A DNA stretch of 25,310 bases from a virus (lineage: Duplodnaviria > Caudoviricetes): positions 1 to 25,310 of the IMG/VR virus record IMGVR_UViG_3300016467_000262; one strand, 5' to 3'. Below are positions 7,063-19,500 of the stretch, in pieces (the stretch's first letter is position 1; every line of letters begins with the position of its first letter). The position numbers were made by a program, and so were the translations under genes. A model generated the notes under the pieces. The model did no database searches. It was not told the DNA's origin and worked only from the letters and a program-made list of their open reading frames with translations.

Positions 7063-10000
7063 ATGAGTGCAACAGATAGACAAAATCGATTACTTGTAGC
7101 AGAGGATTGGAAGAAAATTTACCAGTCTTTCCGCAATGCAGACTTCAAAAGCTATGATTTTGAAAATCTGCGTCGCACAATGATTAGCTACATTCGTCAA
7201 AATTATCCCGAAGATTTCAACGATTATATTGAGTCAAGCGAGTACTTGGCCCTTATCGACCTTATTGCATTTTTAGGTCAAAGCATAGCTTTCCGCGTTG
7301 ATTTAAATGCCCGTGAAAATTTCTTAGAACTAGCAGAACGCCGTGAAAGCGTTTTAAGACTTGCTAGGATGATTTCCTATAATGCCAAACGTAGCACAGC
7401 AGCCAAAGGCCTATTAAAATTTACATCTATTTCAACTACACAACCTGTTATTGGCAGCAACGGCAGAAATCTTGCAGGTCAAAATATCAACTGGAACGAC
7501 CCTGCTAACCCTAACTGGTACGATCAATTCATTAAAGTAATTAACGCTGCCTTGCCTAACACACAGCAGTTTGGCGCCCCAATCGATAATGCTTCTATTT
7601 ACGGAATTCCGACAGAACAATATAGGTTTCAAACTGCAAGTACGGATGTTCCTGTATATGGATTTACAAAAGTTGTTGACGGCCGATCGATGAATTTTGA
7701 AATTACAAGCACAACTTTTAACGGAAAAACTTACATTTACGAAGAACCTCCTAAAGTAGGTAATAGTCTAGCTTTCGTCTATAAAGATGATGGCCGTGGC
7801 GCAGGCTCTGCAAATTCTGGATTCTTTTTAAATTTTACCCAAGGTACATTAAATCAAGGTACATTTACAATTACACAACCTAGTAGTAACGATTCAATTG
7901 ATATCGATTCTACAAATATTAATAACACCGATGTATGGTTGTATAGGCTAGATAAAAATAACTTTGAAGATAAAGAATGGACGCAAGTTTCCAGTTTTGA
8001 AGGTAATAATATTATCTATAATAGTCTTAATAAAAATATTAGAGATATCTATACTGTTATAACACGAGCCGGCGACAGGGTTAGTTTAGGCTTTGGCGAT
8101 GGCGTATTTGGAAACTTGCCTCTGGGAACTTTTAGAGCATATTATCGAGTTAGTAACGGATTGTCATATACAATCAATCCTAAAGATATTAGAAACGTTT
8201 CTTTAACCATTCCTTATTATTCAGCTAACAATCAGATAGAAACATTAACTATTATTTTGTCTTTGACAACTGCTGTTTCAAATGCTCTTGCAACTGAATC
8301 TAATGATTCTATTAAAACAAATGCTCCTCAGTATTACTATACACAAAATAGAATGGTAACTGCTGAAGACTATAATATTAGTCCGTTATCTGCAAGTACA
8401 GAAATTGCAAAAATAAAATCACTAAACAGATCTAGTAGCGGTATTAGCAGATACTTTGATCTTGTAGATCCAACTGGAAAATATAGTTCCACAAATATTT
8501 TTGCAACAGACGGAGTTGTTTATACAGAAGATTATACAGATCAAACTAGGTTTTCATATGCTAGTAAAACAGATATTGAAGGTATAATTTATAACAACAT
8601 TTTTGATATTTTAAAATCTGCTAACCTAAAGAATTTTTATTATGAAAACTATAGAATTAAACTTGCGTCCAGCTTAAATGTATACTGGAATCCAGTCACA
8701 TCGGAAACAGGTTATTCTACAGGAGCCATCCGAGATGATGTGCAGTATTATAAAGTTGGCACTTATACTGTTACAGATTTAAAATACTTAACTGTTGGAG
8801 CACTTGTAAAATTTTTAGCCCCAACGGGAAAATATTTTGATACAAATAATTCAAACAAATTAGTTTCAACACAAGGCCCAGGAACTGTAAGTTACATTTG
8901 GTCAGAAGTTGTTTCAGTATTCGATGATGGTACCGCAACTGGTAAAGGTGTTTTGGATTCTGGTTATGGACCTATTGCTCTTAACAAGAACATACCAAAA
9001 AATTCTATAATTTCTGTAATCTTGCCTAAGTGGAGAACAGCAATTGACAGTAATGTAATTACTGCTATGATAGATCTTATCTTTGCTAATAAACCGTTTG
9101 GTTTAAGATATAGTCCTAGCACACAATCTTGGCAAGTTGTATTTGAATCAAACTTGAATACTATTTCTAATTTTAGTTTAGGAAATCAAGGAGATATTTC
9201 TAATCAGCAATTAGATTCTAGCTGGTTATTATTGTTTACAACAGATAATGAATTTTATACAGTAACTAGTAGATTAAAGAGATATGTTGTTGAAAGCGAC
9301 TCCCAGTTAAGATTTTATTATGATAATTTAAAGAAAATTTATGATAGTCGTTCTGGAAAAGTAGTTAAGGATAGCATTAACTTTTTAGGAATTAATACCT
9401 TACCAGATTCTACAACTTCATTTACTAAAGACTTAGAATGGGATATTGTGTCTGATTTTATTGGGTTAGATGGATATGTTGATAACAAAAAAATTGTAGT
9501 ATCTTTTTCTGACTTAGATGATAACGGAGCAGTCGACGATCCTGATATTTTTATAAATTTAGTAGATCCGCCTGCACTGACAGAAGTAGATCCAGTAGTA
9601 TTACAGAAAAAATATGTAATACAACAAAAGTATCTTATTTCTGTAGGACAAGAAGATTACAAGTATATTTCTAATAGTGATCAAAAAGTTATTATATTAC
9701 CTTCAGAGTCTGCACTGGGTTCTTTTTCATTGTATGCAGACAAACAATATTTTTATTTTGTAGATACAAGAATTGTAAAGCAATGGAACAAAACGCTGGG
9801 CAAGTTAGATGTAAGTTTAGATTATAAAGTGTTTATCGGAAGAGACAATTTAAAATTACAATATGTCCATAGCGCAGATTACGAAAGTAGAATTGATCCA
9901 GGTGCAAGTAATATTATTGACGTTTATGTTTTAACAAAGAGCTACGACACTAATTTTAGAAAGTGGCTCAACGGCGCTAATATTACTAAACCATTACCTC

Positions 10001-10536
10001 CTAGCTCAAATCAATTATACGATCTAGTAAGCTCTACTCTCAACCCAATTAAAACAATGTCGGATGAAATCATATATCATCCTATTAGATATAAGATATT
10101 GTTTGGAAGTAACTCAATGCCATCATTACAAGCAACATTTAAAGTTGTTAAAAATGCTAATCTAGTTATTAGCGACAACGATATCAAGTCCAGGATTTTA
10201 ACAGCAATTAATCAATTTTTTGCTTTAGAAAATTGGGACTTTGGTGAAACATTTTATTTTACAGAACTAGCTGCTTACGTTGTAAAAGAGCTATCTCCAG
10301 ATATTGTCAATTTTGTAATTGTTCCTAAACAAGCCGGACTGAATTTTGGTAGTTTATTCGAAATAAAAGCAGAAAGTGACGAACTATTTGTCAACGGTGC
10401 AACAGTAGATGATATTGAAATTATTGCTGGAATTACAACTAGCAATATTAAATCAGTTTCAGGTACCTTACTAGAATCCACAGTAGAATCTCAACAAACA
10501 ATAACAAGTGCAACATACGGAGCATCTAATGGCTGA
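7063..10536 (+). CDS. gp6: gp6-like baseplate wedge subunit (enlarged, 1157 aa)
   Basis: YDFENLRRTMISYIRQ...LIDLIAF...ENFLELAERRESVLRLARMISY, FGDGVFGNLP, ESNDSIKTNAP...TQNRMVTAEDY and C-terminal INQFF...DFGETFYFTEL are gp6/Baseplate-J motifs. Follows gp25. Confidence 0.9.
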   Translation: MSATDRQNRLLVAEDWKKIYQSFRNADFKSYDFENLRRTMISYIRQNYPEDFNDYIESSEYLALIDLIAFLGQSIAFRVDLNARENFLELAERRESVLRLARMISYNAKRSTAAKGLLKFTSISTTQPVIGSNGRNLAGQNINWNDPANPNWYDQFIKVINAALPNTQQFGAPIDNASIYGIPTEQYRFQTASTDVPVYGFTKVVDGRSMNFEITSTTFNGKTYIYEEPPKVGNSLAFVYKDDGRGAGSANSGFFLNFTQGTLNQGTFTITQPSSNDSIDIDSTNINNTDVWLYRLDKNNFEDKEWTQVSSFEGNNIIYNSLNKNIRDIYTVITRAGDRVSLGFGDGVFGNLPLGTFRAYYRVSNGLSYTINPKDIRNVSLTIPYYSANNQIETLTIILSLTTAVSNALATESNDSIKTNAPQYYYTQNRMVTAEDYNISPLSASTEIAKIKSLNRSSSGISRYFDLVDPTGKYSSTNIFATDGVVYTEDYTDQTRFSYASKTDIEGIIYNNIFDILKSANLKNFYYENYRIKLASSLNVYWNPVTSETGYSTGAIRDDVQYYKVGTYTVTDLKYLTVGALVKFLAPTGKYFDTNNSNKLVSTQGPGTVSYIWSEVVSVFDDGTATGKGVLDSGYGPIALNKNIPKNSIISVILPKWRTAIDSNVITAMIDLIFANKPFGLRYSPSTQSWQVVFESNLNTISNFSLGNQGDISNQQLDSSWLLLFTTDNEFYTVTSRLKRYVVESDSQLRFYYDNLKKIYDSRSGKVVKDSINFLGINTLPDSTTSFTKDLEWDIVSDFIGLDGYVDNKKIVVSFSDLDDNGAVDDPDIFINLVDPPALTEVDPVVLQKKYVIQQKYLISVGQEDYKYISNSDQKVIILPSESALGSFSLYADKQYFYFVDTRIVKQWNKTLGKLDVSLDYKVFIGRDNLKLQYVHSADYESRIDPGASNIIDVYVLTKSYDTNFRKWLNGANITKPLPPSSNQLYDLVSSTLNPIKTMSDEIIYHPIRYKILFGSNSMPSLQATFKVVKNANLVISDNDIKSRILTAINQFFALENWDFGETFYFTELAAYVVKELSPDIVNFVIVPKQAGLNFGSLFEIKAESDELFVNGATVDDIEIIAGITTSNIKSVSGTLLESTVESQQTITSATYGASNG

Positions 10537-13500
10537 TAATGTTAATTCTAAATCAACAAATAGCTACAATTTTCTTCCTAAGATTTACAGATCAGATCCA
10601 AACAAAAAGTTTTTACAAGCTACAGTAGATCAGTTAGTTAAACCAGGAACAGTTAAAAAAGTTAACGGTTTTGTTGGAAGACAAAACAGTAAAGCCACCA
10701 CAGGCGATGATATTTTTGTTAATGCCATTAATAGCACTAGACAAAGTTATCAACTCGAGCCAGGATTTACAATTAAAGATAGACTTGACAATGTAACTTT
10801 TTTCAAAGACTACCAGGATTACATTAACCAACTAAATGTTTTTGGCGCAGATATTTCCAACCACAGCAGAGTTAACAACGAAGAATTTTATTCTTGGAAT
10901 CCACATATTGACTGGGATAAGTTTGTTAACTTTCAAAATTATTACTGGCTACCAAACGGTCCAGATGTTATAAAAATTGCAGGACAACAACTAGAAATAG
11001 CCAGTACATATACTGTTACTTTAGAAAACGAATTAAACACTTTTACATATCTTTTTACTCCTAACGGACTAGAAAGAAATCCTACATTGACACTATTAAG
11101 AGGGCAAACGTATAAGTTTGATATTAATTGTCCTGGACAACCTTTAAGCATTAAAACTTTAAGAACTGCTGGCGCCCAGGACAGGTACCAAACAATCGAT
11201 TTTGATCAATTTGCTGTAGAAAATGGAACCTTAACAATTACAGTTCCATACGATGCCCCTGATGTTTTATATTATGTTAGTGAAGCAAATGTTGACGTTG
11301 GCGGTGTTATTCATATTCTATCTATCGAAGAAAACACATATATCGATGTCGAAAAAGAAATTATTGGTAAGAAAAATTATACTCTTCCATCAGGTGTAAA
11401 TCTCAGCAATGGAATGCTAGTAACCTTTACCGGTAAAGTTGACCCAGTGCAATATGCTAGCGGACAGTTTTATGTTGAAGGTGTTGGCAGCGAAATTGTA
11501 TTGATTAATAAAGTTGATTTAGAACTTATTAGTGCTTACACTACATCCGAAGCAATACTCTTTGATACTACTCCATTCGATGAATTGCCATTTAGTGATG
11601 CAACAGCTTTAGCCGGATCGATCGATTATCATGTTATTAATAGAGCAAGCAAAGATAAAAATCCATGGAGTCGATACAACCGTTGGGTACACAAAGATGT
11701 TGCTAACATAAGCGCATCCGTGAACGGAAAAATTCCTAGTTTAGATCAAAATCAAAGAGCTGTAAGGCCTATTATTGAATTTGAAGCTGGATTAAGATTA
11801 TACAATTTTGGCACCCATGCATTGCCAGATGTTGATTTAATAGATACATTTACCACCGATGTATTCTCGACAATTGAAGGGTCGTTTGGATATAATGTTG
11901 ACGGCGTACCGCTAGTAAAAGGCCAGCGAATTTTGTTCACAGCAGATACTGATGTACTTGTAAAAAACAAAATTTTTAGAGTTGATTTTTTAGATGTACT
12001 ACATCTTAATGACGGTAGCAGACAGATCCACCTTGTACTAGAAGACGAACCCAAAGTTGACGATACTGTGATTGTCAAATACGGAGAACAGAAGTCAGGT
12101 GTAATGTTCTGGTTTAACGGAGCAACATGGCAAGAAAGCCAACAAAAAACTTCAGTTAATCAGCCCCCTTTATTTGATTTAGTTGATTCTGATTATATTA
12201 GTTTTTCAAACGAATCTGTTTATGAAGGAACTACCTTTCAAGGAACAAAATTATTTTCTTATAAAATAGGAACTGGTACAACAGATTCTAATCTTGGGTT
12301 TGCATTATCATATAAGAATATTAATAATGTTGGTGACATCGTTTTTAATTTTAATATCTTAACAGATGTATTCCAGTATAAGAAATTAACTTCAGTACTA
12401 GATAAAAAATGTGATGTTGGTTTCTTAACAAAAATTAATCCTTTAACAAGAGCAGCAAGTTATACTAACGGTTGGGAAAAATCTGTACTTACAAATACAC
12501 AAGCCGCAGTTAGGGTTTACAAAGATTCTGGATTGATTAATAATTTTAAACTGGATATTTTTGATAATATTAACGATTTAAGCGATTTAGTTTTAAAAAT
12601 TTACGTTAACGGAGTTAGGCTAGATCCAAAGTACTGGTCTGTAGCCGATGCGCCTGATTATAAACGAGTAGTGTTGGAATCAGATATTTCTCTTACAGAT
12701 GTCTTAACTATGCGAGCATTTGCAAAGCAGACGATAAACGAAAACGGCTACTATGAAATCCCAATTAATTTGCAAAATAATCCTCTTAACGGAACAATGC
12801 AAGACTTTACATTGGGAGAAGTTATTGATCATGTTGGCTCTATTGTCGATAACCTTGATGAGTTTGACGGTATATTTCCAGGAGCAAGCAATATTCGAGA
12901 TTTAGGTAATATATCTGTATTTGGAACAAAGTTTGTACAGCATTCTGGCCCAGCAAGTTTGAGTTTGTATCATATTACAAGCACATCGAGTAATATAATT
13001 AGAGGTATTGAAAAGTCTAGAGATGATTATGGTATTTTCAAACGTAATTTTATCAACGTTATAGAGATCTTAGATTACCCTGATATCTCAGATAACATTG
13101 GACATGTAAATGCAATATTAGATCATATTAATAAAGACAAATCGACGACCGGGCCTTATTATTTTAGTGACATGGTCGGCTACACAGCGTCTATAGTTAA
13201 TTCTTATACAGTAATTGATTACAGAATAAAAACATATCCTGTTTCAAAATCTTTTGACCTTACAACATTATCTAATAAAGCTGTTTATGTTTACTTAAAC
13301 GGAACTCATTTGTTACACGGCAAAGATTATACATTTGATAGCGAGCAAAGTTTTATTGTTATTAAAGCTGAACTTGCAAATGACGACTTAATTACGGTCT
13401 ATGAATATGACAGCACGGACGGTTGTTTTATTCCATCAACGCCTACAAAATTAGGACTCTGGCCAGCCTACGAACCTAAAATTTATTTAGACACTACTCT

Positions 13501-16500
13501 AGTTACACCTAGAGTAATGATACAAGGTCATGACGGAAGCCAGGTACTAGCATACGGTGATTACAGAGACGAACTTATTTTAGAATTAGAAAAAAGAATT
13601 TTCAATAATATTAAGATAAAGTACAATCCTGAAATTTTTGATGTTAAGAAGATTGAACCAAGTTATGTAGCACCAGCAAGTATTGACCAAGACGAATTTA
13701 ATAAAATACTTGCTCCACAGTTTTTTAAATGGACAAGTTTAATTGATAGAGATTTTTCAAAACCTTTAAGCTTCGACCAAGATAATTCTTTTACGTGGAA
13801 TTACAGCGATTACAATGCCTTGGATGGTAGACCAGTTCCAGGTTACTGGAGAGGAATTTATCGTTGGATGTTTGGCACGGATAGACCACATCTTTGCCCA
13901 TGGGAGATGTTAGGATTCACTGTCCAACCAGAATGGTGGGAATCTGTTTACGGCCCAGCACCATACACAAGCGACAATTTAATTTTGTGGGAAGACATGT
14001 CAGCCGGTCTAGTAAAAGAACCGGGTGTACCAACTGTGGTACTTTCTCAGTATGTTAGATCATACCTAGTTGATTATATTCCAGTTGACGAAAGCGGAAA
14101 CTTATTAAGTCCATATGATACTGGTATTGTTACGGGAACAATTACTAAAGCAACTTCTGGCGATTTTGTTTTTGGAGATGTTAGTCCAATTGAAGCCGCG
14201 TGGAGGCGTAGTAGTTATTATCCATTTAGCTTTATTATATCTTCAGTTTTAATAAATCCTTCTGCAATACTTGGAGTCTTGCTTGACAGATCGAGGATTG
14301 ATAGAAACATTGCTGGGCAATTAGTTTACACTGAAACAGGTTTACGTATTAAACCTGACGATATTGTTTTACCTAGTATATACTCAAGTACTTCTAGAGT
14401 CTATACCTCTGGTATTATTAACTATGTAGTTGATTATATTTTAAGTGATTATTTGAAGTCTTATGATCAATATGTTTATGATTTAAACAATATTACAGCA
14501 CAAATGAGCTTAAGATTAGGCGGATTTACAAGCAAAGAAAAATTTAATTTTATTTTAGACAGTAAAAATCCTACAAGCACTGGTGGCGTATTTGTGCCGC
14601 AAGAAGATTATAACATTGTTTTAAATTCTTCTAGTCCAATTAAGAAAATTGTTTATAGTGGTATTATTATTAGTAAACTTCCTACAGGTTACGAAGTAAA
14701 AGGTTACAGCAAAACACAGCCTTATTTCTGTTACTATCCTTATAATCAATCTGGACCGAGAATAAATGTAGGTGGTATTTCAGAAAGTTTTACTATATGG
14801 ACACTTGGTGCTTCTTATTCTGTAGGCAAAATTGTAAATTATCAAAATAGATATTATCGAGTAAAAGTAAGTCATATTGCAGCTGATGATTTTGTTTTAG
14901 ATTATTACCAGCCATTAGCAGGGTTGCCAGTAGTTGGCGGCCGAGAAGTCATGTCAAGAATTCGATGGGATCGTGACGAACCTATTGTAGTTCCTTACGG
15001 AACCAAATTCACTAAAATTCAACAGGTGTATGATTTTATCGTAGGATACGGTGAGTGGTTAAAAGATCAAGGATTTATTTTTGACGATTTCAATAGCAAT
15101 CTAAGAGCCATTACTAACTGGGAAACTAGTGCTAAAGAATTCTTGTTCTGGACAACACAAAACTGGAGTTCAGGCCAGGATAAATGGAAGGACTGGAGCG
15201 CAGATCAAGATATTGAATTCCAAGAAATCGTAAAATACAACGGCGACTATTATCAAGCAAAACTTAAAGTTTTTGCAAATCCAATTTTTGACGAAGAAAA
15301 ATTTATTAAACTTGATGGTTTGAGTACGGTAGGAAGTAGTGTTATTAGTTTAAGTCCGGCTGCTGCCAGCTTAACTTTTTCTGTGCCTTATTCTGTTGTA
15401 GATGATATACGTAATCAATTTAACGGTTATGAAATTTATAAAGTAGATGGATCACCCATTGTTGATTCATTTATTGCTAGTTACAGAGAAGGAAATGCAG
15501 TAACATATAGTCCTCGTGGTGACGACGGCATATACGGTGCTGTTTTCTATCTTGTACAAAAAGAACAAGTAGTGTTACTGAACAATCAAACAATGTTTGG
15601 TGACACAATTTATAATCCTGAAAGCGGATACAGACAAGAAAGAATTAAGGTATCTGGTTACATAAGTTCAGATTGGGACGGTGGATTTAATGTGCCTGGA
15701 TTCATATACGACCAAGCTGTGATTAATGATTGGACTCCTTGGACTGACTATAAACTTGGTGATATTATCAAGTATAAAGAGTTTTACTATAGTGCCAAGA
15801 CTTCCTTAAAAGGAACCCTAGACTTTGAATCTAACAATTGGGTCAAGCTAGAAGAAAAACCACAGCCTAGACTACTTCCTAACTGGTCATATAAAGCCGA
15901 ACAGTTTAACGACTTCTATAATTTAGACAGCGATAATTTTGATTCAGGCCAGCAAACTGTTGCACAACATCTTATCGGGTATCAAAAGAGACAATATCTA
16001 AACAATATTATTCAAGATGAAGTAAGCGAATTTAAATTTTATCAAGGAATGATAGCTGATAAAGGTTCAGTTAATGCACTAGATAAAATGTTTGATGTAT
16101 TTGGCGCCAGCGGACAAGAAAACTTGGACTTCTTTGAAGAATGGGCATTACGTGTCGGCCAATACGGAGCCAATGCAGCCTTTGAAAATATTGAGTTTAC
16201 ATTAGACGAGTCTTTGTTTAAAAATAACCCTCAAGGATTTGAATTAGTAAACTCAGTAGACAACAACATTAATGATTTTATTATTAGACAAATTCCTAGC
16301 GAAATTTATCTAAAACCATTGGGCTATACTAGCCAACCTTGGCCTTTATTAGAAAGTCGACCAACATATCTAAGATCTGCGGGTTTTGTAAGACAGAACG
16401 AAGTTAAAACAGTACTGACTACATTAGATAAAATTTTATTAGAAGAAATTGATTCCTATGAAACAGGAGCATATGTTTGGGTAGGATTCGAAGGAATTAG

Positions 16501-19500
16501 TTGGAACGTATACAGGTATACCCAAACATCTATTAAAATTGTTGATGTTACGTATGCTAATTCTGTGTTAACAATTGTAACCGACAGTATTGTTGATTTA
16601 GAACCGGGTTCGTACATAGGAATTGAAAAAGTTTCTTTTAAAGGTTTTTATCAGATCTCAAAAGTCTCCGGCGAAAAAATCATCATCAACACAAAAATTG
16701 AAGGTTGGACACCATTTGTATCCGGTACTACAGTTCCGCTATTTGCGTTAAAAACCCAGTTAGCAGATTCGATCAACTTAGTCGACAGCACAATTAGTAA
16801 AGAAAGGGTTGCCGGAGAGTTACTATGGACTAAAGACAAGGGTGACGGCAAGTGGGCAACTTGGGAATATTCTCCAGTATTTTCAAGCAGCGTAGTTCCA
16901 CCAAATCCTATTGCCAGTGACTTATTGTTTGGTCGTTTAGTTTCGATGAATTCTGAAGGTAATGTTGCTTTTGTGTCTGATACATCAGGTCAAGCATCCT
17001 TGTATACAAAACCTGTTCCAGGTGTTCCTTGGACTAAGGCACAAATATTTTTAACACCAGTTGTTGCAAATGACGTACTCGGGTCCAACCCAAACGATAA
17101 AGAATGGTTTGCTGAGTCAGCAGCATTTTCTCCTGACGGCAAGTGGTTAGCAGTAGGACATCCAAAAGTAGGACTTGCAGCAACAAAATACAGAGGAGTT
17201 TATAATTCTTCTCTTACATATGCTGTAGGTGACTTAGTAAAAGAAGGTAATATAATATACGAAGCAATTGTTAATGTTTCCGGAACTCATGTGCCTTCAA
17301 TATCTCCAACATATTGGACGGAAAATAATTTAATAGAAACATCCCTTGGTGCTACAAATACTGGGCCATTACAGCAAGGTGCTGTATCTGTTTATTTTAA
17401 AAACAGCATAGGATTATATTCTCATTTAACAACATTTGTAAGTCCTATTCAAGAACTAGACGAGTTATTTGGATCAAAAGTTGCATTTGGTAATAATAAG
17501 CTCTTTATTTCTACAGGTAATTCTGCAAGTAAAATTTATCAATTAAACTACGATTCTAGAATTCAAGCAAGTTCGTTGTATAACCCAGTTGGTAGTTCTG
17601 GAACAACAATTAAAGTTGCTAGTACAAGCGGTATTAAAGAAGGAATGACAGTTGTCGGAACAGGGTTTACACAAGGCCAACAAGTTATTACAGTAAACAA
17701 TTCGACAACACTGACATTAAGTGCTGCTGCTGACGGTGATGCATATGGAAGATTGAATTTTGTTTTAACATCTTGGGCATACAACAATCTTACAGGATTT
17801 ACCGCAGGAGTTTCTGGAGACCAATTCGGCAATTCGTTATCCTTGACTAAAGACGGAACAACACTAGTTGTATCTGCTCCTGCAATTAATTCGGCTAACA
17901 ATGGAACAGTTTTTGTTTATAAACAAGATAGCTTAGGAGCATTTAATTTAGCACAAACTATCAACGGTTCAGAAACACGTTTTGGACAAGGAATTTCTAT
18001 AACAGATGATGGGTCATATTTGGCTATTTCATCTACTGTTTATGATGGCGATCGTATTGACCAAGGAAAGGTTTCAGTCTACGAAAAGAATGAAAATGGC
18101 ACATACACCTTAGACCTTAATAACGGAATAGGACAGGTAATTACATCTCTCAATCCTGAAGCAGGCGAGATGTTCGGAAGTAAAATATTCTTCATGAATA
18201 ACGATAAGACGCTGGTAATTTATTCAGCTAGCGCCGACGTAAGAGTGGGTTGGGATATCACAGATAGTACAACATTTGACGACTCAACAACAACATTCTA
18301 TTTAGAAAAGAATATTGATAGTGGTAGAATTGATATCTACGACAAGTATGATACTACATGGGTGTTTGGTGAAAGTTTATCAACTGATACTGATTTCCGA
18401 GAAGGTTACGGACAATCGATCAGCGTAGGTGGAAATTACATATTTGTAGGTGCACCATATGGTGTTAACGGAACTACTGAGTCTGGAAAGATTTATTCTT
18501 ATAGTAAGAAACAAGATACTTATAGTTGGTCAATTAAACATCAAGAAATTAGTAAAGTTGATTTGTCTAAAATTAAATCTGTTTTCTTATACAATAAGAG
18601 AACATCTAAATTTTTAACATACTTAGATGTAATAGACCCAACACAGTCTAAAATTCCAGGAATTGCAGATCAGGAAATAAAATATAAAACATATTATGAT
18701 CCTGCAATATACTCGACACCCCTGACAGAAACTACGAATACATCTGTAAAAATTGACGACGGATTATCTTGGGGGAAAGACCAAGTTGGCATGTTATGGT
18801 GGGATTTGAGAACAACAAAGTTTATTGATAGTAATGATGATGACACAGTATATAGAGCAGCTAATTGGGGTAGAACGTTCCCTGGAAGTAGCATAGATGT
18901 ATACGAATGGGTTGAATCTAAATATAAACCAATTGATTGGAATTCTAAAGCCGACACAGAAGAAGGACTTGCCGCTGGAATTAGCGGCCAGACACTTTAC
19001 GGAAATAATACATACAGCTATGTAAAACGTTGGGATTCTGTTTCTAAGTCTTACAAATATACATATTATTATTGGGTTAAAAATAAGAAAACAACGCCAA
19101 ATGTTATTGGCAGGTACATGTCTGCCCAGGATGTAGCTAGCCTAATAGGAAACCCAAGAGGTCAAGCCTACAAATATCTTGCTTTAACAAGTGTAAACTC
19201 ATTTAGTTTAGTAAACGTTGCACCGTTATTAGCTGATAAAGATGTTGTCCTATCGGTCGAATACTGGGTAAGTGACCCTCCTAATAAAAATATTCACTCA
19301 CAATGGAAACTGATTAGTACAAATACAGATACTGTTATTCCTTCAGCTATAGAGCAAAAATGGATAGACAGCTTGTGCGGAAAAGATGATCAAGGAAGAG
19401 TCGTTCCGGATCCTGCATTGCCTCCAAAACTTTTATACGGTATTGAAAATAGACCAAGACAAGGTATGTTTGTTAACAGACTTGAAGCGTTAAAGCAGTA

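Noticed and set aside
10508-10528. GTG start at 10508 for the giant ORF
   Set aside because: The ATG at 10529 has a GGAG RBS and overlaps the gp6 stop, so it is the more plausible start.
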